Positions 1 through 7,673 of a DNA stretch of 20,000 nt are shown in pieces. The stretch lies in sequence record SRR31156797_2530; one strand, written 5' to 3'. Each line of letters starts with the position of its first letter. Position 1 is the stretch's first letter. Made by a program: the position numbers and the translations under genes. The notes beneath the pieces are model-generated. The model did no database searches, had not been told where the DNA came from, and worked only from the letters and a program-made list of their open reading frames with translations.

Positions 1-1
1 G

Positions 2-1246
2 ACAGTGGCGATCGTCGAAGCTGATTTATGGGGTGGCACGTGCCCCAATCGCGGGTGCGATCCGAAAAAACTACTGATGCGAGGCGTAGAAGTCAAAACA
101 GAGGCGAAACGTATGCAAGGCAATGGCGTTCAAGGGCAGGTAGCCATTGATTGGCCGGCACTGATGGCGTTTAAGCGCTCGTATACTGATCGTGTGCCGG
201 AGTCAACCAAACAAGGGTTACTAGCAGAAGGAATCACTACTTACTACGGACAAGCCGCTTTTCGTGATGCCCATACGGTCGTCGTGGACGCCGAAGAGAT
301 TCAAGCAGAAAAAATAATCATTGCGACAGGACAGCGTCCAGCCGTACTACCAATCGTCGGCAAGGAGCATTTACAAAACAGTACTGATTTTCTTTCCTTT
401 GAAAAGATGCCAGCAACGATTGCTTTCATAGGTGCTGGATATATTACCTTCGAATTGGCGATGATCGCTCAAGCAGCAGGTGCTGAAGTTCATGTGATTC
501 ATCATAATGACCAGCCACTAAAAGGATTTGATGCTGAATTGACCGCAGAAATGGTTCGTTCAATGCAGGACCAAGGTGTTTCGTTTCACTTTAACCAGAA
601 CACACAGCGAATCATGAAAGAACAAAACCACTATACAATTCAGACACAAGCGTTGTCTCTCACCGTAGAAGCAGTGATTGGTGCCACGGGACGCAGACCC
701 AATAGCGATCAGCTGCAACTGGAAAAGGCAGGGGTAGAAACGTCAAAACAAGGGATCGTTGTAAATGAGTTTTTGCAGACTAGTCAAACACACATCTACG
801 CAATCGGAGATGTGCTAGCGAAAAAGCAGCCAAAACTGACGCCTGTTGCTAGCTTTGAAGCCGCCTATCTTGTCGAGCATATAGATGACCAGAAAACGCC
901 CATCCGCTATCCACTGATCCCTACACTAGTTTTTGGTGCGGAAAAACTGGCAAGAGTCGGGATCAGTGAGCAAGAGATTGCCGATAATGCCTCAGAATAT
1001 CATAGTGAGGTGATAGATCTTTCTTCTTGGTATACCTATCGACGAATCAATGATCAAGAGGCAAAAATCAAATTGGTTTATGACACATTTGATACAATCG
1101 TTGCTGTCACGATTTTTTCTGCACTGGCGGATGAGTTGATCAACCACTTCGTTTTTGTGTTGGAAAATCAGCTATCGAAAGAAGCACTGGCACAAATGAT
1201 TTTTGCCTACCCCACACCTGCTAGCGATTTGTCCTATTTTCTATAA
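2..1246 (+). CDS. NAD(P)/FAD-dependent pyridine nucleotide-disulfide oxidoreductase, glutathione reductase-like (5' end outside the window)
   Basis: Redox motif GGTCPNRGCDPKK, IIIATG, NAD(P)-binding GAGYITFE, IYAIGD and C-terminal YPT. The N-terminal FAD-binding GxGxxG is absent and the frame is open from the window edge. Confidence 0.9.
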   Translation, partial: TVAIVEADLWGGTCPNRGCDPKKLLMRGVEVKTEAKRMQGNGVQGQVAIDWPALMAFKRSYTDRVPESTKQGLLAEGITTYYGQAAFRDAHTVVVDAEEIQAEKIIIATGQRPAVLPIVGKEHLQNSTDFLSFEKMPATIAFIGAGYITFELAMIAQAAGAEVHVIHHNDQPLKGFDAELTAEMVRSMQDQGVSFHFNQNTQRIMKEQNHYTIQTQALSLTVEAVIGATGRRPNSDQLQLEKAGVETSKQGIVVNEFLQTSQTHIYAIGDVLAKKQPKLTPVASFEAAYLVEHIDDQKTPIRYPLIPTLVFGAEKLARVGISEQEIADNASEYHSEVIDLSSWYTYRRINDQEAKIKLVYDTFDTIVAVTIFSALADELINHFVFVLENQLSKEALAQMIFAYPTPASDLSYFL

Positions 1247-1247
1247 A

Positions 1248-1287
1248 TAAACAAACAAGCCTGCGCTAGTTTCCGCTAGCACAGGCT
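1248..1287 (-). terminator. Intrinsic terminator on the minus strand (may also serve the convergent + gene)
   Basis: Minus strand reads AGCCTGTGCTAG-CGGAAA-CTAGCGCAGGCT (12-bp stem, one G-U) followed by TGTTTGTTTATTT. Confidence 0.8.
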
Positions 1288-1304
1288 CTAAATTATTATG
1301 TCCG
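1248..1304 (-). ncRNA. Candidate ~55-nt small RNA between the CiaR-box-like promoter and the terminator
   Basis: Promoter and terminator lie about 55 nt apart with no RBS or credible ORF between them. Confidence 0.4.
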
Positions 1305-1309
1305 TATTG

Positions 1310-1342
1310 ACTATAGTCTGCCAACCTTAAATGAACCTTAAA
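1310..1342 (-). promoter_or_regulatory. OmpR-family (CiaR-box-like) direct repeat plus -10 element
   Basis: Minus strand TTTAAG-GTTCA-TTTAAG (1342-1326), exactly 10 nt, then TATAGT (1315-1310). Confidence 0.6.
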
Positions 1343-1394
1343 GTTAGGCTGGGTTTCATTTAAGCAATGTCTTTGTTTTCTAGTAACCCTAGGT

Positions 1395-1649
1395 TTAGGC
1401 TTTTTTTGAAAGCCGACGGACAGCAACAATCAGTAAGATCGATGACAAGAAGAGTCCGACCAAATAGATGATGAAAATAGAATCTGGCTCATAGTGCCGA
1501 TAATTGAATATTTTTACCATAAAAAAGAGAAACGGGATCGCTGCAATAAGGGTTGAAACGAAACGTTTCCGCCATTGTATGAAAAACGATCCAATCACTA
1601 GAAAAAGACAAAACGGGATCCAAAAGACCAAATGTCCGATAAGTTCGAT
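1395..1649 (-). CDS. Small membrane protein (about 3 TM, 78-84 aa)
   Basis: Three hydrophobic segments and a basic tail. A strong SD (AGGAGG) lies 8 nt before an in-frame ATC at 1649; the ORF track uses TTG at 1631. Confidence 0.7.
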   Translation of the reverse strand: MELIGHLVFWIPFCLFLVIGSFFIQWRKRFVSTLIAAIPFLFFMVKIFNYRHYEPDSIFIIYLVGLFLSSILLIVAVRRLSKKA

Positions 1650-1837
1650 TTTTCACACCTCCTAGCAAGTAAAATCATCATAACGTTTCTTCCTAAAAAG
1701 CAAGCGTGAATGAAAAAATAATCTCATTAGGCATGTATGAAATTATGAGTGGAGTCTTCTGAAAAGTTCACAAGAAATCTGAGAATTTCAAAAGGAAATG
1801 AAAAAACGGGCGGTTAGGAATGTCCCAATAGTCCGAG

Positions 1838-1892
1838 ACAAGAAAGCACCTCTTGCAGCATTCGTTTTCACTTGAATCCTGCAAGAGGTGCT
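1838..1892 (-). terminator. Long inverted repeat, probable terminator of the ECF operon (possibly a REP-like repeat)
   Basis: AGCACCTCTTGCAG (1845-1858) and CTGCAAGAGGTGCT (1879-1892) are perfect 14-bp arms, followed on the minus strand by TTCTTGT. Confidence 0.65.
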
Positions 1893-1964
1893 CTTCCGTA
1901 GAAAATCTGGTGCTTTATTCAATTGATATCAAAGAAATGATTAGGAAGGAACGGCAGTCTTTTT

Positions 1965-2759
1965 TTATGGCAAGATATTCTTACTATACAAAAGGGAAAT
2001 GATCATACCTATATCCAATAGATCCTTATAATAAAATCCTTTCAGTGGACCAAAGTGTAAGAAAAATCCGAGAATCAGTAATACAAACAGCAGCAGGAAG
2101 AGCAGGTTGAAAATGGTCATCAAGCGAAAACTGAAATGCCAATTACTCAAGAAATACTGATATTTGGCTGCTCTGTAAATTTTGTTTTGAATTGGAATTT
2201 TCTTGAGTGCAGGGATCGATTCATGATAGGACGTAAATAATTCGTAGTCTTTTTTCGTCAGCACTTCTGAGAAAATGTGCGTCCCCGCTTGAAAGTCGAA
2301 ATAGCCCCAATGGAATTGTTCTTTATCCTCTGGTGATTCGTGCTTCATCAGCTTTCTTGGCTTGATGGTGAAGGCTTTGATGTTCTCATAGGGGTAACTG
2401 AAATAGGTGTTACTTTCTAAATAGTCGATGATGACCAGAAAAAGCATTCGGGTTTCTGTGAAAACCAACAAACGATTGCCGCGGGTATCATGAAAGATGT
2501 CACGGTATGCTTTTGCTTTCTCAGTTGTTGCATACGCATAGGCGCCAAGCCCTTGGTTGGCGAAGGCGAGGTTTCCATCTGGCGTCAAAGGCAGATAGCC
2601 AAGAATCGTTTCGTCTTTTGCTAAAAGCGTCCGAAGCTCCTCTAATAGATCTTGCAAGAAAACATATTGTTTGGACAGCTCGAAGGTTGTTGCTTTTTCT
2701 TGTTCAGTTACTTTTATCAGTGATTTATTTTCATTTAAGACTAACTGTTTAAAATCCAT
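1965..2759 (-). CDS. Membrane-anchored hypothetical protein coupled to the ECF sigma gene (possible PH-like cytoplasmic domain, C-terminal TM)
   Basis: 264 aa; its start overlaps the 3' end of the sigma gene by 11 nt. RLLVFTETRMLFL...FSYPYENIKAFTI resembles a bacterial PH-like pattern, with a hydrophobic helix near the C-terminus. Confidence 0.75.
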   Translation of the reverse strand: MDFKQLVLNENKSLIKVTEQEKATTFELSKQYVFLQDLLEELRTLLAKDETILGYLPLTPDGNLAFANQGLGAYAYATTEKAKAYRDIFHDTRGNRLLVFTETRMLFLVIIDYLESNTYFSYPYENIKAFTIKPRKLMKHESPEDKEQFHWGYFDFQAGTHIFSEVLTKKDYELFTSYHESIPALKKIPIQNKIYRAAKYQYFLSNWHFSFRLMTIFNLLFLLLFVLLILGFFLHFGPLKGFYYKDLLDIGMIISLLYSKNILP

Positions 2760-3288
2760 CGATAGTCATCCTTTCTTTTAAGCGTTTGCGGCCACGGGAA
2801 AGACGATTGTAGATTGCTGAGACATTTAAGTCCGTCTGCTCTGCGATGGTTTCGGGTGATTCCTGATAAAAATAGTAGAGCAGAAAGATCCTTTGATCAA
2901 GGGCTTCAAGGTCTTCAATAAAGCCCAAAAAGTTTTCCTTTGTTAAAGGTGATTCTTCAATAGCTAGTTCCTGCTCATCAACAGGTTTTTCTTCCAATGA
3001 GCGCTTGTTCAACTTTCGCTTGTGGTCAATCGCACGACTACGACTGATCAAAAGCAGCCAAGTAATCAAGCGGCTTCTGTCAGGTTGATACGCAGCAATC
3101 TTTTGCCAAACCTCGTAAAAAACTTCGTTCGCTACATCTTGGCGCTCGCTCACTTCATGCGGTTGGGAGAGGACACTATGAATCGTCCTCAGCATGCTAT
3201 CACCATAAACAGCTAACAGTTCTTCTAAGCCGGCATAGTCTTTCTTTTTGATTCGTTCAATGATTTCTTCATCCTGCACCTTTTTCAC
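2749..3288 (-). CDS. ECF-type sigma-70 family RNA polymerase sigma factor
   Basis: Region 2 (DVANEVFYEVWQK...LITWLLLISRSRAIDHKRK) and region 4 (IFLLYYFYQESPETIAEQTDLNVSAIYNRLSRGRKRLK); 179 aa. Confidence 0.95.
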   Translation of the reverse strand: MKKVQDEEIIERIKKKDYAGLEELLAVYGDSMLRTIHSVLSQPHEVSERQDVANEVFYEVWQKIAAYQPDRSRLITWLLLISRSRAIDHKRKLNKRSLEEKPVDEQELAIEESPLTKENFLGFIEDLEALDQRIFLLYYFYQESPETIAEQTDLNVSAIYNRLSRGRKRLKERMTIDGF

Positions 3289-3349
3289 CCCTTCACACTA
3301 TATACGAAGAATGTTTGCCTTTTCTATCAGAAAAAGAAAAAAACCTCTG

Positions 3350-3742
3350 TTAACGAGGTTCATGTTCTTTGGCCAGAAGATCTGTTGCCAAGCGCTGGGC
3401 CAAATATTCCCAAAGAATGCCGCCAAAAAAAGCGCCTATCATATAAAGAATGACTGCTTGCAGCTCCAATGGATTATTTGCTAGCCAGAAAGAAAATAGC
3501 GAGCCGATGATGAATAGGTAGCTGCCAAAAAGCACTTGCCGCCACGAGCGTTTTTTAACAAACTTGCTAATGAGAAAGGTTGAAAGGATCATCAAGAGAA
3601 TTTGGATGAATGCCAGCGAAGGCAAAAGTGCAAAGTCAGAAACAACCATTTCCCAAAATTGTTGAATCAAGAAAAAGAAAGCAAAGAGAATGAGCCCGCG
3701 TGAGAATATACTAAGCCGCAAGGAAGATATTTTTTTTCGCAT
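3350..3742 (-). CDS. Hypothetical membrane protein (about 4 TM)
   Basis: 130 aa with four hydrophobic segments; AAGGAG SD upstream of the ATG. Confidence 0.8.
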   Translation of the reverse strand: MRKKISSLRLSIFSRGLILFAFFFLIQQFWEMVVSDFALLPSLAFIQILLMILSTFLISKFVKKRSWRQVLFGSYLFIIGSLFSFWLANNPLELQAVILYMIGAFFGGILWEYLAQRLATDLLAKEHEPR

Positions 3743-3903
3743 TGGTTTACTCCTTGAAAGGTTTTCTTTATTATAGCAAATTTTTAGTTAAACAATGTAA
3801 AAAGATGAACGAGAAGGTCTGCAAAAAACTTCTCCTAAGTATGCGCTCTTTTAGTATACTTGAAAGAAACGAGTGGATGGACTCGATACATGAGGAGGAT
3901 TGC

Positions 3904-5148
3904 ATGCCAATGATTCTTTTTGCACCTGCGGTATTCAACTTGGCTGAAACGACACGGATGATCGAAGTCGCTAAACAAATGCAAGGAAATCACCACTGTG
4001 AGTTCTTTGGTTTTTCAAAGACCTTTGCTTCACTTATCATTGAAAGTGGTTTTACGTACCATTTATTGACGCCGACTCTTACAGAAAAACAAGAGGAACA
4101 GATCATAAAATTAGATCAACTGCGCTCATTCAAAAATCCCTTCACCAAAGAGATGGTTGCTGCGCGTATTCTGAGCGAAAAAAAACTGGTCGACAAGCTT
4201 GCTCCTCAGGTGATTGTAACTGGATCGAATGTCACGATCTTTCTATCTGCTCGCAGCAAACAGATTCCCTTAGTCTACGTAAAACCCTATGCGATGAGTG
4301 ATCCCTTTTTTCGATCAGATAGCGCGTTTATCCCTTCTAGTTTGCGTTTCTTCGGACCGTTAAGGAAACCACTTTGGTATTGGACAAGAAAACAATTGGT
4401 AAAATCCCGCTGGATGCCCCGAGCATTCAAACACGCTGCCCAAACAGAAAAACTTTCTATGCCTGAAACGAGCTTACGAATGATGGACGCTGATTTAAAT
4501 CTCATCACCACTCCTGAACGCTTTATAACAAAAGAGCTGCTGCCAGATAATTATCGAATCGTGGGGCCGATTTTTGCCAAGATGGGGGCGTCCTTGCCAG
4601 AAGAAGTGTTGACTTTTATTGAACAAAAGCGGCGGGAAAGAAAACGAATCGTTTATTTTGCAATGGGCAGTTCGGGGAATCCGCGCATGGTGCGAAAAAT
4701 CTTAGCTTTCTTACAAAACCGTCCGGAACTAGCGATCATTGCTCCGGTTACGCATCTACTCAAGGGGAAACACAACGTCTCAGAGAATTTGTTCCTGACC
4801 GAATATCTGCCAAGTCATCTATTGCATGAGCATATCGATTTTTCTTTTATCCATGGTGGGGAAGGGACTGTTCAAACAGCTTGTGCCTCTGGGAAGCCGT
4901 TTATCGGAATCGGGATGCACTATGAGCAAAGCTGCAATATTCAGTACTGCGTGGCGTATGGCAATGCAATTGCACTGACAAAACCAGTAACTGAGAAAAA
5001 TCTGGAAACTGCTCTGACAGAGGTTGGAGATCTGAAGATTTGCCAACAAGCCTGCCAGCTAAAGAATCATTTCCCGACAAATGGTCCTCAGAAGGCGATG
5101 CAGGAGATTGAGCACTTTTTAGAAATAAACAATAGTGATTATCATTGA
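3904..5148 (+). CDS. GT-B fold family-1 (UDP-glucuronosyl/MGT-like) glycosyltransferase
   Basis: VYFAMGSSG, EYLP and FIHGGEGTVQTACASGKPFIGIGMHYEQ UDP-sugar signature. SD GAGGAGG supports the ATG at 3904 (414 aa) over 3742. Confidence 0.88.
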   Translation: MPMILFAPAVFNLAETTRMIEVAKQMQGNHHCEFFGFSKTFASLIIESGFTYHLLTPTLTEKQEEQIIKLDQLRSFKNPFTKEMVAARILSEKKLVDKLAPQVIVTGSNVTIFLSARSKQIPLVYVKPYAMSDPFFRSDSAFIPSSLRFFGPLRKPLWYWTRKQLVKSRWMPRAFKHAAQTEKLSMPETSLRMMDADLNLITTPERFITKELLPDNYRIVGPIFAKMGASLPEEVLTFIEQKRRERKRIVYFAMGSSGNPRMVRKILAFLQNRPELAIIAPVTHLLKGKHNVSENLFLTEYLPSHLLHEHIDFSFIHGGEGTVQTACASGKPFIGIGMHYEQSCNIQYCVAYGNAIALTKPVTEKNLETALTEVGDLKICQQACQLKNHFPTNGPQKAMQEIEHFLEINNSDYH

Positions 5149-5166
5149 GATAATCACTATTGTTTA
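5126..5166. terminator. Bidirectional terminator-like hairpin overlapping the stop codons of both convergent genes
   Basis: Perfect 18-bp inverted repeat TAAACAATAGTGATTATC-ATTGA-GATAATCACTATTGTTTA. Confidence 0.75.
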
Positions 5167-5649
5167 ATAGAGATCTAATAGCATCAGCAAACCTGGGACC
5201 CACGTAGTGAAGATACCGCAAGCGATCGCAAAATAATGAATCTTACGACCAAAGTTTACCTTCACGATCGTATCCAAAAAGCCGCAAAACCATAATGCTC
5301 CCCATGTTAACCAAATCAGTGCAAAAAGGGGATCTTGCTCCCATTGCCAAGAGACCCAGGCAAAAGGCAAGGTATTGATGGCTACGAATAGCGCAAAAAT
5401 TCCATAAATCCGTAGATCCAAACCAAAGAGATAAATAATTCCTACTAGTAAATACGTGAAGGCAAAGAGAAAGCCTGTGCCTGCTTCATAATAAGCACCT
5501 TGGAGCATATAGATTAGATTGATAATGAAAGATAACGAACCTGTAAAAAGATTAATTAAAGCAAGTGAACGATAGTCAATGTGAAGTAAACTTCCCCAGC
5601 CGTTGATTATCAAAGTAATTCCTACAAAAAATAAGCCGATCCCTAACAT
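5164..5649 (-). CDS. AmiS/UreI family urea/short-amide channel
   Basis: N-terminus MLGIGLFFVGITLIINGW, FLFAFTYL, YGIFALFVAINT, WLTWGALWF and TTWVPG; about 6 TM; AAGGAGG SD. Confidence 0.9.
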   Translation of the reverse strand: MLGIGLFFVGITLIINGWGSLLHIDYRSLALINLFTGSLSFIINLIYMLQGAYYEAGTGFLFAFTYLLVGIIYLFGLDLRIYGIFALFVAINTLPFAWVSWQWEQDPLFALIWLTWGALWFCGFLDTIVKVNFGRKIHYFAIACGIFTTWVPGLLMLLDLY

Positions 5650-5990
5650 AAAATCCTCCTTTACTTAAATTTAGAATAACAAATTCCAAGAAAAAACAAT
5701 ACCTTTATTTATTTTTATGTCAATAAAAAGGAAAATAATTTTCAAATTTAATATTTTTTGCTGTTAAATTTGATAAAATCAATAACAAAGAGCGCTGCTT
5801 GCCGATGTTTTTCTCGTTAAGGGGAAAATTCCAGCGTTTAAAAGGAACTTTAACTCGTTGGAAGAATGGGAAAAGAGAGAGGAACAATAGATTTTCAGTG
5901 TATTAATTGGACAAAAAGCTGACGAGGCAGTAGCTTATCGGTTTTTACGAATTTGCAGCAGTGAAGACTGTTTTGCGGAAAGGAGGAATT

Positions 5991-6245
5991 ATGCCGAGAA
6001 AAGATCGAATCTTACTTTTTATTGACGAATATATGCAAGCTCAAGGTTGCGCACCTACCATACGAGAAATCTGTGCCAATGAAGAGATAAAAACAACTTC
6101 TTTGGTTTATCGTCATTTATTGCGTCTTGAAAAAAGAGGCCTGATTTACCGAGCTTATCGCTTTAAGTCACGTTCGGTTCGTTTTACAGACGAAGGGAAG
6201 GCCTATGTCAAAGTGTTGCGACAAGCACAAGCCAACGAAGAATAA
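5991..6245 (+). CDS. LexA-type winged-helix DNA-binding-domain-only protein (84 aa)
   Basis: ILLFIDEYMQAQGCAPTIREIC...TTSLVYRHLLRLEKRGLIYR...SRSV matches the LexA N-domain; no S24 peptidase domain. AAGGAGG SD before the ATG at 5991. Confidence 0.85.
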   Translation: MPRKDRILLFIDEYMQAQGCAPTIREICANEEIKTTSLVYRHLLRLEKRGLIYRAYRFKSRSVRFTDEGKAYVKVLRQAQANEE

Positions 6246-6250
6246 ATAAA

Positions 6251-6287
6251 ACCAAAATAAAAAAGCCTAAGGCTTTTTTATTTTGGT
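6251..6287. terminator. Bidirectional intrinsic terminator
   Basis: Perfect 17-bp inverted repeat ACCAAAATAAAAAAGCC-TAA-GGCTTTTTTATTTTGGT between convergent genes. Confidence 0.85.
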
Positions 6288-7264
6288 GCACGGTAGCCGG
6301 CAGCTTCCGCTTCAGCGATGGTTTTGAACCATTCTTTCGGGTTGGTAGTATCCTCGTAGTATTTAGATCCGGGCAAATGATAGATGCCACTTCTTGATCC
6401 TTTGATCAAACCGTTTCCTTGTTGATCGACATATTCTTTCTGTTTTTCCTCTGTTTCACTGCTTTGAGAAGTGGCTGTTGTCGTGTTGTTTTCACTACTT
6501 GTAGCATTCTCCGGCTGCGTCATATCTTCGTTGGAAATCTCGCTGCTACCATCCGCATAGTTGATTGTGACACCATCTTGGATGTTGAAGATATAATAGT
6601 TGAATTGGATCGTATCGTCGCCAATAGATTTGGCTTGCATCTGTACCCCACGGGCAACCAGCTCGTCATCGCGATAGATCGGGGTGACGGAATATCGGAC
6701 ATAATGATTTTTATCTTGCTTGAGATAATAGTTGATATCCATTTCTAAGCGCAACATCTCGGGATTGTTCAACTGACTTGTCCCTGTGATCAGATTCTTC
6801 CAGTTTGCATTTTCGCCAGCTAAAGCAAAGCCAATCAAGTGGGTTCGATTATATAAATATTTCCCATTGGGGAGCTGTTTATTACGCCAACCTGTCGGTT
6901 TCACACTGGAAATATCGCCACGCTTTTCCGTGGGCATCAAGGATTGATTCAACATTGCTTCAGCAGAGGTCGCACGATTGAGGTGATCGAGGTCGCCGTA
7001 TGCTTCCCAGGCGCCATTTTCAAGGGAAAGATCATCTTCTGAAAACTCAGGAATGTTCTGATTGACTTCAATCGTTTGGGTGCCTTGGTAAGTTAACTGT
7101 GCCAGCTCATCTGCACGAATATCCTTAGCAGAAGTGACTGCCACTTCTGATGATGGTGTTTTGTGATTTGGGAATAGATCATTACTGTGTAGGAAACTAA
7201 ATCCGACTGCTGCGAGTGCGAGAAGCGCAGTGACCGATCCGATAAATGTTTTTTTCTTTGCCAT
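6278..7264 (-). CDS. Secreted/membrane-anchored DNA/RNA non-specific endonuclease (EndA-like beta-beta-alpha-Me) with a small C-terminal domain
   Basis: N-terminal signal/anchor, [41 protein letters not shown]-rich linker; C-terminal [17 protein letters not shown]...[12 protein letters not shown] module. Confidence 0.92.
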   Translation of the reverse strand: MAKKKTFIGSVTALLALAAVGFSFLHSNDLFPNHKTPSSEVAVTSAKDIRADELAQLTYQGTQTIEVNQNIPEFSEDDLSLENGAWEAYGDLDHLNRATSAEAMLNQSLMPTEKRGDISSVKPTGWRNKQLPNGKYLYNRTHLIGFALAGENANWKNLITGTSQLNNPEMLRLEMDINYYLKQDKNHYVRYSVTPIYRDDELVARGVQMQAKSIGDDTIQFNYYIFNIQDGVTINYADGSSEISNEDMTQPENATSSENNTTTATSQSSETEEKQKEYVDQQGNGLIKGSRSGIYHLPGSKYYEDTTNPKEWFKTIAEAEAAGYRAPK

Positions 7265-7489
7265 CTTTTTTTGCCTCTCTTTTCATTGATGTATAGTTAG
7301 CATAAACGGGGAGTAAAAAAACTGCAACCCATTCATCATACCATTTGCATGGAGCGTTTTACAGAACTTTCAGGTTTCTTTTGCTTTTTGATCTCAAATG
7401 TTCTTAACCCACTTTCTTTACCAAGGGAACATGCCTGAATGGTTTTTTTTATTTGCAAGTCAAATTTTTCATGTTTTAAAAAAACTATG

Positions 7490-7673
7490 TGATATAATGA
7501 ATAAAGTTGTTGCTATTTCCCTTTGATGCTTGTTTTAATAACAGGCATCTCCAGCTGCGGAACGAAATTTCAGCTGTATAGCACGCAACCTTCAAACGAA
7601 AGAAATCTGGACAATTTTCTGAACGATTTCCTTTCTTTCTTTGAGCAAAATTACAGGAGAAGGAGTGTATCCC
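7490..7673 (+). promoter_or_regulatory. Extended -10 promoter and ~170-nt structured 5' leader of mgtE
   Basis: TGATATAAT at 7490-7498, followed by nested stems at 7506-7589 and a hairpin at 7598-7635. Confidence 0.6.

Noticed and set aside
1200-1220. YPT instead of the catalytic HPT in the disulfide reductase
   Set aside because: This variant is common in glutathione-reductase-like proteins of lactic acid bacteria and is not evidence of decay or novelty.
3742-3903. N-terminal extension of the glycosyltransferase in the ORF track
   Set aside because: It overlaps the divergent promoter region and has no SD; the strong SD is before the ATG at 3904.
5737-5751. CodY box upstream of the AmiS/UreI gene (AATTTTCAAATTTAA)
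   Set aside because: Only the left half matches AATTTTCWGAAAATT, in very AT-rich DNA.
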